NCBI GenBank assembly: GCA_036229005.1
Contig: JAZAMN010000020.1
Location: forward strand, 64,001 to 128,000
DNA length: 64,000 bases
Origin: Myxococcota bacterium
GTDB lineage: Bacteria; Myxococcota_A; UBA796; CAJQPC01
Direction: 5' to 3'
Shown here: in pieces, positions 1-9,854 of the stretch
How positions within the stretch are numbered: position 1 is the stretch's first letter
Layout of the letters: every line of letters begins with the position of its first letter
Translations under genes and position numbers: made by a program
Notes under the pieces: model-generated
The model's input: the letters and a program-made list of their open reading frames with translations, nothing else
Told to the model about the DNA's origin: nothing
The model's database searches: none

Positions 1-1074
1 ACCAAGAAGGGCTCCTTCCTCTCCCGGCCCATCAACCTGATCTCCGTCGGGCTCCTGGGACTCTCCCTGGTCGCCGTGGTCGCCAAGTCCGCCATGGACA
101 GCGCCCCCGAGGGACCGGAGGGACCCGCGGCCGTCAGCACCTCCAGCTTCACCAGCCTGGATCTGTCCGAGTCGGACGCCGCCCTGGTCGCGGAGCTGAT
201 GGAGGACGGCATGGAGCGCTTCACCGCCGAGGACTACACCGGCGCCTCCGGCAAGTTCCTCAAGGTGCTGCAGTTGGACCCCGGCAACCCCGACGCCGAG
301 CGCATGGGGTACATGGCCTGCGAGTTCATCGCGGTGCAGGCCCTTCAGGACGGCGTCGAGCGCCAGGCCGCCAGCGAGACCCAGCGGGCCCAGGCCAAGA
401 CCGAGGCGCTGGCGCTGGCCGAGCAGGCGCAGCGGGGCGAGGTCCCCCTCTCCGAAGCCCAGAAGGCCGTGCGCGCCGCGCTGAACCTGAACCCCGAAGA
501 CGCCGAGCTGGACGAGGCCGACAAGCAGCTCCGACGCCGGACAGCCCGGGTCGTGGAGGCCAAGCAGACCAAGCAGGTCGCCGGCCTGACCGAGGACCTC
601 TCCGGCGCCTACGACAGCGCCAAGGCCTCCCTGGATGCTGGCCGCTACGCAGAGGCCGTCAGCGGCTTCCGGGCCATCCTGGCCAAGGACCCCGGCGGCC
701 AGACCCCCTACGCCGCCAAGGCCAAGACCGGGCTCTCCCAGGCCCAGGCCAAGCAGCGCGAGCTGGCCGAGGGTCCCTACATGAAGGGCATGGAGGCCGC
801 CGCCAGCGGAGACATGGTGGGCGCCCGCCGTCAGCTCCGGGAGGCGCTGCGCTACGACCCTGGCCACGCGGGCGCCAGCGCCAAGCTCAGCGAGATCGAC
901 GGCGAGCTGCGCCGGGCCGCCATGGACAAGTTCCACGAGGGCAAGACCTACGAAAAGGCGAACCAGACGGACAAGGCGCTGTCTGCCTATGCAGAGTGTC
1001 AGCGGCTGTTGGGCGACCGCAGCAGCGACCTGCACAAGTCCGCCCAGGCCCGCATCGATGCCCTCCTTCAGTAG
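1..1074 (+). CDS. Membrane-anchored tetratricopeptide-repeat protein (5' end outside window)
   Basis: Frame open from base 1 (TKKGSFLSRPINLISVGLLGLSLVAVV, a TM helix), then TPR-like helices (ASGKFLKVLQLDPGNPDA; ARRQLREALRYDPGHAGA). Confidence 0.7.
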   Translation, partial: TKKGSFLSRPINLISVGLLGLSLVAVVAKSAMDSAPEGPEGPAAVSTSSFTSLDLSESDAALVAELMEDGMERFTAEDYTGASGKFLKVLQLDPGNPDAERMGYMACEFIAVQALQDGVERQAASETQRAQAKTEALALAEQAQRGEVPLSEAQKAVRAALNLNPEDAELDEADKQLRRRTARVVEAKQTKQVAGLTEDLSGAYDSAKASLDAGRYAEAVSGFRAILAKDPGGQTPYAAKAKTGLSQAQAKQRELAEGPYMKGMEAAASGDMVGARRQLREALRYDPGHAGASAKLSEIDGELRRAAMDKFHEGKTYEKANQTDKALSAYAECQRLLGDRSSDLHKSAQARIDALLQ

Positions 1075-2251
1075 CGTTCTCCTCCTCACTGTCCTCGCCT
1101 GCAGGCACCAGCCCCCGCCCCCGCTCGCGCAGGTGGATGCCCAAGCGGTGCAGGACCTCCCTGCCCCCATCCAGGTCCTCCTCGCCTCCGCAGAGTCTCC
1201 GGACGCTGGCCTCCGTCGCCAGGCCCTGGCCCTGCTGATCGCCCAGGAGCCCGCCCCCGGTGGTGGCGCCTACGGTCCCCGCGCCGTCTACGACCCCAGC
1301 CCCTATGTTCAGAGGGCTGCAGCGGATGCCTTGGCCGCTCGGGGGGACGCGGAGTCCACCGCTCTACTCCGGACCCTCACGCGCCTGGACAGCGCCGATC
1401 CCTACGCCCGAGGACACGCTGGCATGCTCCTGGCCCAGGCCGGAGACACCCAGGCCCTGCCCGCCCTGCGCGCGGCGATGGACCAGGAGCGGGAGCATTG
1501 GCGGCGCCTCCCCTTGGCCCTGGCGGCGGCCGCGATGGGGGACAGCGAGGCGCTCACCGTCGTGCAGAAGGACCTCGCTCGCGGGGACCTGCCGCTGGAG
1601 CTGGACCTCTTCCGGGACCTGGGCGCCTCCGGGCTCACCGAGCTCGCCCCTGCCCTGCGCGAGGGCACCGAGATGCTCCCCCCGGACCTGGCCCTGCCCG
1701 CCGCCGCGGCGCTGATGCAGCTCGGCGACAAGCAGGGCGAGACCACCCTGCGCAACGCCCTGGCCTCCCCCGACCTGGTGGACCGCCTCTCGGCTCTGGA
1801 CGTGCTCTCCGAGCTGCCGGGCGAACACGCCAATGAGCTGCTGCGCAAGGCCGCGCGCTCCGGCCCCGAGCCCGCCCGGGTCTACGCCGCCTGCATCCTG
1901 CTCGAGCGCGGTGAGGGAGATCCCACCCAGGGCCTGGCCGCCCTGGAGCTCCAGGACCGCGAGCTCCGCGCCCAGGCCGCCTGGGGGCTCGGGGGGTACC
2001 TGAGCCAGGTCAGCTCTGGACGCATGCGCCGACGCGTGCAGCAGTCCCTGCGTGCCGCCCTCTCGGACAGCGAGCCTGTGGTCGTGGCCGCCGCCGTGGA
2101 CGCCCTCGGGCGCTCCGGAGACCCCCAGGATCGGGACTACCTGGCGCCCTTCCTGACCGCGGAGACCGAGAGCCTGCGCCTGCGCGCCGCGGGAGCCCTG
2201 CTGGCCCTCCAGAACACCTCCGCCACGGCCATGCTGCCAGCACACCCCTGA
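1058..2251 (+). CDS. HEAT-repeat lipoprotein
   Basis: ATG 1058, lipobox-like LLLTVLAC, repeated HEAT/PBS motifs (DPSPYVQRAAADAL; DSEPVVVAAAVDALG); overlaps upstream stop. Confidence 0.7.
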   Translation: MPSFSSVLLLTVLACRHQPPPPLAQVDAQAVQDLPAPIQVLLASAESPDAGLRRQALALLIAQEPAPGGGAYGPRAVYDPSPYVQRAAADALAARGDAESTALLRTLTRLDSADPYARGHAGMLLAQAGDTQALPALRAAMDQEREHWRRLPLALAAAAMGDSEALTVVQKDLARGDLPLELDLFRDLGASGLTELAPALREGTEMLPPDLALPAAAALMQLGDKQGETTLRNALASPDLVDRLSALDVLSELPGEHANELLRKAARSGPEPARVYAACILLERGEGDPTQGLAALELQDRELRAQAAWGLGGYLSQVSSGRMRRRVQQSLRAALSDSEPVVVAAAVDALGRSGDPQDRDYLAPFLTAETESLRLRAAGALLALQNTSATAMLPAHP

Positions 2252-2273
2252 CGGCCCCTCGGAGCCCGTTGCC

Positions 2274-2921
2274 CTACTCGGAGCCCAGGACCTCCCGGAC
2301 CACATCAAGCGCGGCGGCCAGCTTCTGATTGTGGTCAGCGTGGTCAGCATTGGCGGCCTTGACCACCTCCTCCGACTTGTTCAAGGAGGCCACGCCCGCC
2401 TCACCACTTCGCTTTGTCTGCGCGGTCTCCAGGCTGTCCTTCACCTGCATCAGCCCCCCGATGGTCAGCCCGCCAGCCTTGAGCTGATCTCGCGCGTCCG
2501 CCTCCAGGTTGTGGTAGCGCCGGATGATCTCCGTGTGCCCTTGATCCCGCCGGTTCTTCTCGTCCAAGAACCCCTTTGCTTTGGACTGAATCCTGGAGAG
2601 CCCCGCCTGCGAGACCGGCTGGGCCAAGCGTGCCGCAGCTTCAGCCTTCGCCTTCGCCTCCGCCGCGGCCGCCTGCTCCTCCTTCTTCTTGGCCCTGCCC
2701 GCTGCCGCTTGGGCGAGCCGCGCCTCCTCCTCCTTCGCGAACTCAGCCTCCATCTCGGCTTCGATCGAATCCGAGCCCGCACTCGCCGAAGCGCCTCCAT
2801 CCAGCGAGTCGTAGAGCGCCGCATCGGGGCTCCCGGCGGTCAGCGCATCCTTGCCAGCCTCCTCTCCCCCGCCCTGGCCGCGCTGGACCCGCTGCTTTCC
2901 CTTTCGCCCAGTCGTTCCCAC
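2274..2921 (-). CDS. Hypothetical charged helical/coiled-coil protein
   Basis: GTG 2921 with GGAGG upstream; low-complexity N-terminus, E/A/K-rich helices. Confidence 0.6.
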   Translation of the reverse strand: MGTTGRKGKQRVQRGQGGGEEAGKDALTAGSPDAALYDSLDGGASASAGSDSIEAEMEAEFAKEEEARLAQAAAGRAKKKEEQAAAAEAKAKAEAAARLAQPVSQAGLSRIQSKAKGFLDEKNRRDQGHTEIIRRYHNLEADARDQLKAGGLTIGGLMQVKDSLETAQTKRSGEAGVASLNKSEEVVKAANADHADHNQKLAAALDVVREVLGSE

Positions 2922-2959
2922 AGGCCCTCCATCGCTTGTGGCGAAGCCTACCCCAACCC

Positions 2960-3733
2960 TCACTCGCCAAGCACCCAATCATCGAGCCGCCGCGAGAATC
3001 CAGGAAGGAGCTGACCTGAGAGCCGGGCGTCCGCAGGCCTTGGGCCCATCCCCCGGATGGCGTCCACCCCCACCACGCGCGACACCGGCACCCCCAAGCG
3101 AGGACACACTGCCCGCGCAAAGTCCGCCCACGTGGTCTGCTCCGCCCCGATCGCGTGGCTGACCCCCTTGGGCAGAGTGAGCAGGTGCTCCGCCAGGTCC
3201 GGCGCCCAGGTCGGCTGCACCGGCCAGCCCTCCAGCGCCTGGACAGGCCCCCGCAGCAGCAGCTCGGGCAGCCGCGACGGGAAGTTCCGGCCCCCCGGGC
3301 CATAGAGCCAGCCCGTGCGCACCACGTGCCCACCGGCGGCCAGCACCGCGTCCTCGGCGGCAGCCTTCTGCACCCCATAGGCCATCGCCGGCTCGCGGGG
3401 ATCCTGGGGCGCGTGGGGGCCCGGTCCGTCGAACACGTAGTTGGTGGACACAAGCCAGGTCTCCACCCGCGCGGCGATCCAGGCGGCCGACTCCACATTC
3501 AGCGACCACGCCCGGGGATCAACCGCGCAGGCGTCCACCTGCGTCAACGCGGCGCAGTGGATCACCGCGTCCGGACGCGTATGCGCGAGGGCGGACTCCC
3601 AGTCCTGAGGCCGGGTCACGTCCAGGCGCTCCCGAGGCAGCCCGACGGCCCCAAGCGAGCGCAGCGCGGACCCCAGCATCCCGCCCGCTCCAGACACGAG
3701 GATGCTCCGATTCGAACAGGATCCAGTTGTCAA
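2960..3733 (-). CDS. rfbD: dTDP-4-dehydrorhamnose reductase family (RmlD/RfbD) SDR
   Basis: ILVSGAGGMLG, VIHCAALTQVDAC, STNYVFDG, YGVQK, RTGWLYG motifs; start uncertain (TTG 3733 or ATG 3751). Confidence 0.8.
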   Translation of the reverse strand: MTTGSCSNRSILVSGAGGMLGSALRSLGAVGLPRERLDVTRPQDWESALAHTRPDAVIHCAALTQVDACAVDPRAWSLNVESAAWIAARVETWLVSTNYVFDGPGPHAPQDPREPAMAYGVQKAAAEDAVLAAGGHVVRTGWLYGPGGRNFPSRLPELLLRGPVQALEGWPVQPTWAPDLAEHLLTLPKGVSHAIGAEQTTWADFARAVCPRLGVPVSRVVGVDAIRGMGPRPADARLSGQLLPGFSRRLDDWVLGE

Positions 3734-3812
3734 GTCAGGGCCTCCACGCATTTTGCCTTTGACGGCCCACTCTGCGCGCCGTAGCCTGGGAACATCACGG
3801 AGGCGGAGCGTC

Positions 3813-4496
3813 TTGGCCAGCGGAATCGTCACAGGACTCGCGTTCCAAGGTCGGCTGACCGGAGCCGACGGGCGCCCCGTGACCAGCGGCTCCTACAGCC
3901 TCGCGTTCGCCCTGCACGCCGATCGCAGCACCAGCCGGACCTCCTGGACAGAAGTCCAACAGGCCATCCCCGTCGCCGCCGACGGCAGCTTCAGCGTCCT
4001 CCTGGGCAGCGTGAACCCCTTGGGCACCAAGCAGTTCAACGGGCGCGTCCGCTGGCTCTCCGTGCGCCGCATCATCAACGGGGAGCCCGAAGACGAGGTC
4101 ATGGACCGGGCCTGCGTCATGGGCACACCGCTGCAGCTCACCGAGCGCCTGCTGGCCCTCGAGAGCACCGTCAGCGCGCAGGCCGAGCTGCTGGAGAAGT
4201 ACGAGTCGGGCCCCTCCCCCAGGGCGCTGGCCCAGCAACTGGCCAGATTGGAGTCCCTGCTGGAGGGCTTCGCCCCTGGCGAGCTGGACACCCTCCGCGC
4301 CGAGCTGAGCACCCTGCGCACCGACACCCAGCGCCTGATGGAGGACGGCGGCCGCCTGGACAACATCGAGTACCGGCTGGATGACCTGGACGGCCCGGAC
4401 AGCGACATCGTCGACCTGAACGCCCGGGTGGACGCGCTGGAGGGTGCCCTGTCCGCCCCCCGCCGCGGCCGCGTCAAGAGCCTCGCGAAGGGCTGA
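3813..4496 (+). CDS. Hypothetical protein: N-terminal beta domain of the type seen in fibre/collagen-like proteins, plus coiled coil
   Basis: TTG 3813 after GGAG; FQGRLT..G.P...Y.LAF.L...WTE...V..DGSFSVLLG..NPL pattern followed by heptad repeats. Confidence 0.6.
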   Translation: MASGIVTGLAFQGRLTGADGRPVTSGSYSLAFALHADRSTSRTSWTEVQQAIPVAADGSFSVLLGSVNPLGTKQFNGRVRWLSVRRIINGEPEDEVMDRACVMGTPLQLTERLLALESTVSAQAELLEKYESGPSPRALAQQLARLESLLEGFAPGELDTLRAELSTLRTDTQRLMEDGGRLDNIEYRLDDLDGPDSDIVDLNARVDALEGALSAPRRGRVKSLAKG

Positions 4497-4601
4497 GCCA
4501 GAGCGCTGCCTGGGGCGCGGGGTTAACGTCTGGACGAGTGGAATCGCGGGATGCCCCCGGGCGTACGCGGGATGGACCACGCAAGGCTCGGAGGGCCGAA
4601 C

Positions 4602-6314
4602 ATGAAGCGACAGCCGGAGCTGCCCGGGTGGGCACAGGAACTGCGTCAACGCTACCTGGCGGGGGAAGCCAGCCTCTTCCTGCTGCACGGCAACGTGCGC
4701 GACCTCTACCCCTGGGAGGAGGCCGACGGCACCCTGCGCTACGTAGCCCTGCGGGAGTTCCTGGAGCGCTTCCTGAGCCGCTCCAAGGACATCGTCGCCT
4801 ACTACAACTGCTCCGAGGGCATCGAGTTCGCCGAGAAGGGCATGGCCGGCCGCTTCCGCCGCGCCGTGAACAGCAAGCGCACCCTCCAGGGCCTCGGTGA
4901 CCTCAGCACGCTCCCTCAGCTCCCCGGCGAGGTCCTCCCCCTGATGGAGAACCTGGTCACGGACAGCTCCCAGAACGCCGGCGTGGTCATCGACTACCTC
5001 GAGACCATCGTCCCTGCGGGCGATCTGAGCTTCATGTCCGACGTGGACAAGTCCAACCTGGTCTCCATGCAGCGCTGGAGCTCCGACCCCGCCCTGCTGG
5101 CCAGCGACAACCTGGTCATCCTGGTCACCGAGCAGATCACCGAAGTCCACCGCAAGGTCTTCTCCAGCGCCTCTCTGGCCGTCATCAAGATCCCCCTGCC
5201 CACCGCCGCCGAGCGCCTGCCCTTCGTGCGCCAGCAGGCCTCCCGCCGGGTCACCCTGGAGATGCCCGAGGGCGATCTCGCCAAGATCACCGCCGGCCTG
5301 TCGCTGACCAACATCCGCGGCCTCTTCCGCGTCGCCCGGCAGACCGGCGACCCCATCACCTTCAAGACCGTCGCCCGCCGCAAGAAGTCCATCATCGAGA
5401 CCGAGTGCGCGGGCCTGGTGGAGTTCGTGGACCCCGACCACGACTTCACCCACGTGGGCGGCATGGAGCGCATCAAGGTCGACCTGATGCGCATCGCCGA
5501 CAGCATCAAGAAGGGCCGCACCAACCAGGTCCCCATGGGCCTGATCTTCGTGGGCCCCATGGGCACCGGCAAGACCTACCTGGCCGAGGCCTTCGCCGGC
5601 GAGTCCGGGCTGACCTGCCTCAAGTTCAAGAACTTCCGCGACAAGTGGGTGGGCAGCACCGAAGGCAACCTGGAGAAGATCCTCCAGGTCGTCGACGCCC
5701 TGGGCTACGTCCTGCTGCTGATCGACGAGGCCGATCGCTCCCTGGGCAACAGCCCCGACGGGGACGGCGGGACCAGCTCCCGGGTGATCGCCCGCCTCAA
5801 GGAGTTCATGTCCGACACCAGCCACCGCGGCCGCGTCGTGATCGTCATGATGACCAACCGGCCGGACAAGCTGGACACCGACCTCAAGCGCCCCGGCCGC
5901 TTCGACGTCAAGATCCCCTTCTTCTTTCCCGAGGAGGCCAGTGAGCGCAAGCTCATCCTGGAGGCCCAACTCCGGAAGAAGGCCTTCCCCCTCGAACCCG
6001 ATGTGACGCTGGATCCCGTCGTCGAGGCCACCGCGGGCTACTCCGCCGCCGAGCTGGAGGCCGTGCTCCTGGCCGCTGCGGGCTTCGCCTCCCACGAGGA
6101 TCGCGAGACCCTCACCCAGGAGGATCTCAACCAGGCCGCCAGCGACACCCTGCCCAGCCGCGACACCCGCATGCTGGAGTTCATGGAGATGCTCGCCGTG
6201 TTCGAGGCCAGCGCCCGCCGCATGCTGCCGGAGCGCTACCGCGACATGCCCCTGGACGAGGTGCACCAGCGCCTGGACCAGCTCCGCCTGCTGCTGGGTC
6301 GCCGGGCCGGGTAG
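4602..6314 (+). CDS. AAA+ ATPase (SpoVK/Ycf46/Vps4-like), degenerate N-terminal module plus active C-terminal module
   Basis: Walker A GPMGTGKT, Walker [30 protein letters not shown]. Confidence 0.9.
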   Translation: MKRQPELPGWAQELRQRYLAGEASLFLLHGNVRDLYPWEEADGTLRYVALREFLERFLSRSKDIVAYYNCSEGIEFAEKGMAGRFRRAVNSKRTLQGLGDLSTLPQLPGEVLPLMENLVTDSSQNAGVVIDYLETIVPAGDLSFMSDVDKSNLVSMQRWSSDPALLASDNLVILVTEQITEVHRKVFSSASLAVIKIPLPTAAERLPFVRQQASRRVTLEMPEGDLAKITAGLSLTNIRGLFRVARQTGDPITFKTVARRKKSIIETECAGLVEFVDPDHDFTHVGGMERIKVDLMRIADSIKKGRTNQVPMGLIFVGPMGTGKTYLAEAFAGESGLTCLKFKNFRDKWVGSTEGNLEKILQVVDALGYVLLLIDEADRSLGNSPDGDGGTSSRVIARLKEFMSDTSHRGRVVIVMMTNRPDKLDTDLKRPGRFDVKIPFFFPEEASERKLILEAQLRKKAFPLEPDVTLDPVVEATAGYSAAELEAVLLAAAGFASHEDRETLTQEDLNQAASDTLPSRDTRMLEFMEMLAVFEASARRMLPERYRDMPLDEVHQRLDQLRLLLGRRAG

Positions 6315-6349
6315 CGGCCCCCTGGGGCGCTCGGGGGGCCCCGCCGCGT

Positions 6350-6658
6350 CTACTCCTGGGTCAGGGCCACGCAGTCCAGCCAGGCCTCGACCGCGGCGAT
6401 CTCGTCGGCCTCCATGCCGCCTCCCGGGGGCATGGTCTGATCCTCGACCACCCGGACCCGGATCCGATCCGCCCAGGCGATCGCGTCGGCCTCCGTGTCG
6501 AAGCTGCTCCCCTCCGGAGCGCCGTAGCGGTTCGGGGTGTCCTCCGCGTGGCAGGCCTGGCAGTGGGTGATCAGCAGGTCACGCACCTCACCGTCCCAGG
6601 TGGGGGTGCCTGTGTCGCACTCAGGGGGGCTGCTGCAGGCCAACAAAAGCAGGATCAC
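6350..6658 (-). CDS. Small monoheme cytochrome c lipoprotein
   Basis: GTG 6658, lipobox LLLLAC, CQACH heme motif, distal MPP. Confidence 0.8.
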   Translation of the reverse strand: MILLLLACSSPPECDTGTPTWDGEVRDLLITHCQACHAEDTPNRYGAPEGSSFDTEADAIAWADRIRVRVVEDQTMPPGGGMEADEIAAVEAWLDCVALTQE

Positions 6659-6684
6659 GAGGACCTCAGGGGATGCTATCGCGC

Positions 6685-6713
6685 TTGACAGAGTAGCCCG
6701 GACGCCGTACATG
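6685..6713 (+). promoter_or_regulatory. sigma70-type promoter of rplU-rpmA-obgE
   Basis: TTGACA (6685-6690), 17-nt spacer, TACATG (6708-6713), about 70 nt upstream of rplU. Confidence 0.65.
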
Positions 6714-6782
6714 TGCCCGGCTTGCGCCTGGACCCATTCGGGCTGCCTACCAACAGGCCTCCAGGTGCCTACGGAGTTTCCC

Positions 6783-7091
6783 ATGTACGCGATCATTGAG
6801 AGCGGCAACAAGCAGTACCGCGTCGAAGTCGGCGGGACGATCACCGTCGATCGCCTCGCAGCCGACGAGGGTGCTGAGATCAGCCTGGACAAGGTCCTGC
6901 TGGTCGGCGGTGAGCAGGTCAAGGTGGGCGCACCCACCGTCGATGGTGCCACCGTCTCTGCCAAGGTTGTCAGCCACGACAAGGGCGAGAAGGTCACCAC
7001 CTTCAAGTACAAGCGACGCCAGCGCAGCCGCGTTCGTCGTGGCTTCCGCCACTCCCACACCACCCTTGAGATCACCGCCATCAACGGCTGA
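6783..7091 (+). CDS. rplU: 50S ribosomal protein L21
   Basis: MYAIIESGNKQYRVEVG...GFRHSHTTLEITAI; precedes L27. Confidence 0.97.
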   Translation: MYAIIESGNKQYRVEVGGTITVDRLAADEGAEISLDKVLLVGGEQVKVGAPTVDGATVSAKVVSHDKGEKVTTFKYKRRQRSRVRRGFRHSHTTLEITAING

Positions 7092-7106
7092 TCGGGAGAG
7101 AACACC

Positions 7107-7382
7107 ATGGCTCATAAGAAGGGACAGGGCTCGACCCGTAACGGTCGTGACTCGAACCCCCAGTACCGTGGCGTCAAGCGCCACGACGGTCAGTTCGTGA
7201 CCGCCGGCAGCATCCTGGTCCGCCAGCTCGGCACCCAGTTCCACGCTGGCGACAACGTCGGCACCGGCCGCGACTGGACCCTCTTCTCCAAGGTTGACGG
7301 CAACGTCAAGTTCGAGAAGAAGCGGGGCCGTCGTCACATCTCGGTGGTCCCCTCCGAGATCCAGGCCGAAGCCGCCAAGTGA
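7107..7382 (+). CDS. rpmA: 50S ribosomal protein L27
   Basis: [24 protein letters not shown]. Confidence 0.98.
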   Translation: MAHKKGQGSTRNGRDSNPQYRGVKRHDGQFVTAGSILVRQLGTQFHAGDNVGTGRDWTLFSKVDGNVKFEKKRGRRHISVVPSEIQAEAAK

Positions 7383-7386
7383 GCAC

Positions 7387-7408
7387 CCTGCCCCCCCGCG
7401 GGGCAGGC
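7387..7408 (+). terminator. GC hairpin after rpmA (terminator or processing/stability stem)
   Basis: CCTGCCCC-loop-GGGGCAGG; no strong U-tract. Confidence 0.35.
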
Positions 7409-7443
7409 GCTTCGTCCTCACAGCCACTCCAGCAAGTGGACCC

Positions 7444-8475
7444 ATGCGCTTTGTAGACGAAGTCGAGATCACCTGTATCTCCGGTAGAGGAGGAGCTGGC
7501 TGCTCCTCCTTTCGTCGTGAGAAGTTCGTGCCCTACGGGGGCCCGGACGGTGGTGATGGTGGCCGCGGCGGCGACGTGATCCTCGTCGCCTCCGAGCGCT
7601 GCAACACCCTGGACCACCTGCGTGGTCGCCGGGTGTACAAGGCCCAAGGCGGTGAGCCTGGCCAGGGCCAGAACAAGAACGGCCGAAAGGGGGAGTCGCT
7701 GGAGGTCGTCGTGCCCGTGGGCACGGTGGTGATCTCCGTCGAGTCCGGCGCGCAGCTCGCCGACCTGGACAGCGTCGACAAGCGGGTGGTCCTCTGCAAG
7801 GGCGGCGCGCCCGGCAAGGGCAACATCCACTTCAAGACCGGCAACATGCGGGCGCCCACCAAGACCACCCCCGGTGGTGAGCCCGACGAGAAGCACGTGC
7901 GCCTGGAGCTCAAGCTCATCGCGGACGTGGGCCTGCTCGGCTTCCCCAACGCGGGCAAGAGCACCCTGATCTCCGCCGTGTCCGGCGCGCGCCCCCGCGT
8001 GGCCGACTACCCCTTCACCACCCTGGTCCCCAACCTGGGCGTGGTCTCCCGCGGCTGGGAGGGCTCCTTCGTGATCGCGGACATCCCCGGTCTGGTGCAG
8101 GGCGCCTCCGAGGGTGTGGGGCTGGGTCACCGCTTCCTGCGCCACGTCGAGCGCTGCAGCTTCTTCCTGCACCTGGTCAGCCTGGCCCCCTGGGGCGAGC
8201 CTATCGAGGATCCCCTGGAGCGCTGGGCCGCCATCAACGCGGAGCTCCAGAACTTCTCCGAGGAGCTGGCCGGCCGCAAACAGATCGTGGTGCTGACCAA
8301 GTCGGACCTCGTCGATGCCGAGACGGTGGAGACTGTGGTGGCGGAGTTCAAGGCCAAGGGGGTGACCCCCTGGGTGCTGAGCACCGTGACCCAGACCGGC
8401 CTCAAGGAGCTCATGGACCACTGCTGGCTGGAGGTCCAGGCCGACCGCGATCCGGAGCCCGAGGACACCCTGTGA
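7444..8475 (+). CDS. obgE: GTPase ObgE/CgtA
   Basis: FRREKFVPYGGPDGGDGG, GFPNAGKST, YPFTTLVPNLG, DIPG, TKSD. Confidence 0.97.
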   Translation: MRFVDEVEITCISGRGGAGCSSFRREKFVPYGGPDGGDGGRGGDVILVASERCNTLDHLRGRRVYKAQGGEPGQGQNKNGRKGESLEVVVPVGTVVISVESGAQLADLDSVDKRVVLCKGGAPGKGNIHFKTGNMRAPTKTTPGGEPDEKHVRLELKLIADVGLLGFPNAGKSTLISAVSGARPRVADYPFTTLVPNLGVVSRGWEGSFVIADIPGLVQGASEGVGLGHRFLRHVERCSFFLHLVSLAPWGEPIEDPLERWAAINAELQNFSEELAGRKQIVVLTKSDLVDAETVETVVAEFKAKGVTPWVLSTVTQTGLKELMDHCWLEVQADRDPEPEDTL

Positions 8476-9170
8476 GCTTGGGGAGCGCCCTGCTCCTCAC
8501 AGGCCTGGGATGCGTCGGGCAAGGCTTCGAGATGCCCAGCTCCGAGAAGGAGACGCTGGTCGACATCTCGCACACGCTGACCCTGGACTCGACGACCGCG
8601 CTGGGGCCACACCGCCTGCTCTCCAAGGTGGAGCGCAGCGACCTGGTGGGCACCCAGGCCGAGTCCCTGGAGCTGGTGTTCCACGACTGGGAGAACCTGC
8701 GGGCCACCTGGGGACGCAACGGCAGGCCGGTGCGACGCACTCAGATCCACGAAGGCCGCGTGTTTGGCGGTCCCGTCGACTCCATGCGCGCCTTCCCGGA
8801 CGCAGGCACCCACCTGGGCGAGCTGCGTTCGACCTGGGACCTCTACACCCGCGCGCTGGAGCCCTTCGCCGAGCGGCTGGACTACCAGTACGTCGAGACC
8901 GTCGAGATCGAGGGGCGCACCGCCTGGCGCTACACCCTGGGGCTCACCCCCGGGCCGGATCCCAAGCGAGGCCTGGCGCCGCGCAGCCTGAGCGGGCACG
9001 TGACCCTGGACAAGGCCACCGCCGTCCGGCTGGATGTGGCGCTCGAGGGCACCCTCTGGGATCCGGAGGTGGACAGCGAGCGGCGCCTGAGCATCGCGAT
9101 CCACCGTGATGAGATCGGCGTGTTGTCCGATCTACAGGGTCCCGCCCCCAGCGAGGTCCGGCTGAAGTGA
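8472..9170 (+). CDS. Hypothetical lipoprotein, beta-rich (possibly LolA/LppX-like fold)
   Basis: GTGA overlap with obgE stop; lipobox-like LTGLGC; ETVEIEGRTAWRYTL...GHVTLDKAT pattern. Confidence 0.55.
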   Translation: MSLGSALLLTGLGCVGQGFEMPSSEKETLVDISHTLTLDSTTALGPHRLLSKVERSDLVGTQAESLELVFHDWENLRATWGRNGRPVRRTQIHEGRVFGGPVDSMRAFPDAGTHLGELRSTWDLYTRALEPFAERLDYQYVETVEIEGRTAWRYTLGLTPGPDPKRGLAPRSLSGHVTLDKATAVRLDVALEGTLWDPEVDSERRLSIAIHRDEIGVLSDLQGPAPSEVRLK

Positions 9171-9426
9171 GCCTCCACCCTCCCGATTGGAAACCCTTGC
9201 CCTCCCCCGGACAGGGTGTCTATGCTGACTGTGATGAACGCTCTCCACGACACCAGGGCCCCCGCCGCGTGCTGAAGGCTGGTCAGATTCAGGGACACCT
9301 CTGCGAGCCGTCCCGAGATTCGACCCGAACGCGCGCTGGATTCCTACTGGACAGCACCGCCCCGTGTGCCTATTCGGCACAGCCACCCCAAGACACCCCC
9401 GGCAGAGCGCCGAAGGGGAGGTCCCT

Positions 9427-9804
9427 CTGAGCCACGAAAACGCCATCTCCCTCGCCAGCGCATCCCTCGACAAGAAGGCCAAGAACCCCTTGGTCCTCTT
9501 CGTGGAGCCCCTGGTCCACTACTGCGGCCACTTTGTCATCCTCTCGGGCGGCAGCGGTCGGCAGGTGCGCGCCATCGCCATGCACCTCAAGGAGGTCGCG
9601 AAGGAGATGGGCCTGACCACCCTCTCCATGGAGGGCCTGGACGTCGGCAAGTGGGTCGTCCTGGATCTCGGCGACGTGGTCGTGCACATCTTCGAAGATC
9701 GCGCGCGTGGATTCTACGATCTGGAGGGCCTGTGGAGCGACGCCGAGCGCGTCGAGGTCCCCGGGGTCCAGGCCGATGACGCGTCCATGGACGCGATCGC
9801 CTGA
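9427..9804 (+). CDS. rsfS: Ribosome silencing factor RsfS (Iojap)
   Basis: DKKAKN...FVILSGGSGRQVRAIA...WVVLDLGDVVVHIF...RGFYDLEGLWSDA; start uncertain (CTG 9427 after GGAGG, or GTG 9364). Confidence 0.92.
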   Translation: MSHENAISLASASLDKKAKNPLVLFVEPLVHYCGHFVILSGGSGRQVRAIAMHLKEVAKEMGLTTLSMEGLDVGKWVVLDLGDVVVHIFEDRARGFYDLEGLWSDAERVEVPGVQADDASMDAIA

Positions 9805-9854
9805 GCGAAATGCCTTGTAGTGGCGCGCCTGCACGGCTGCGCTACTCACAAGGC

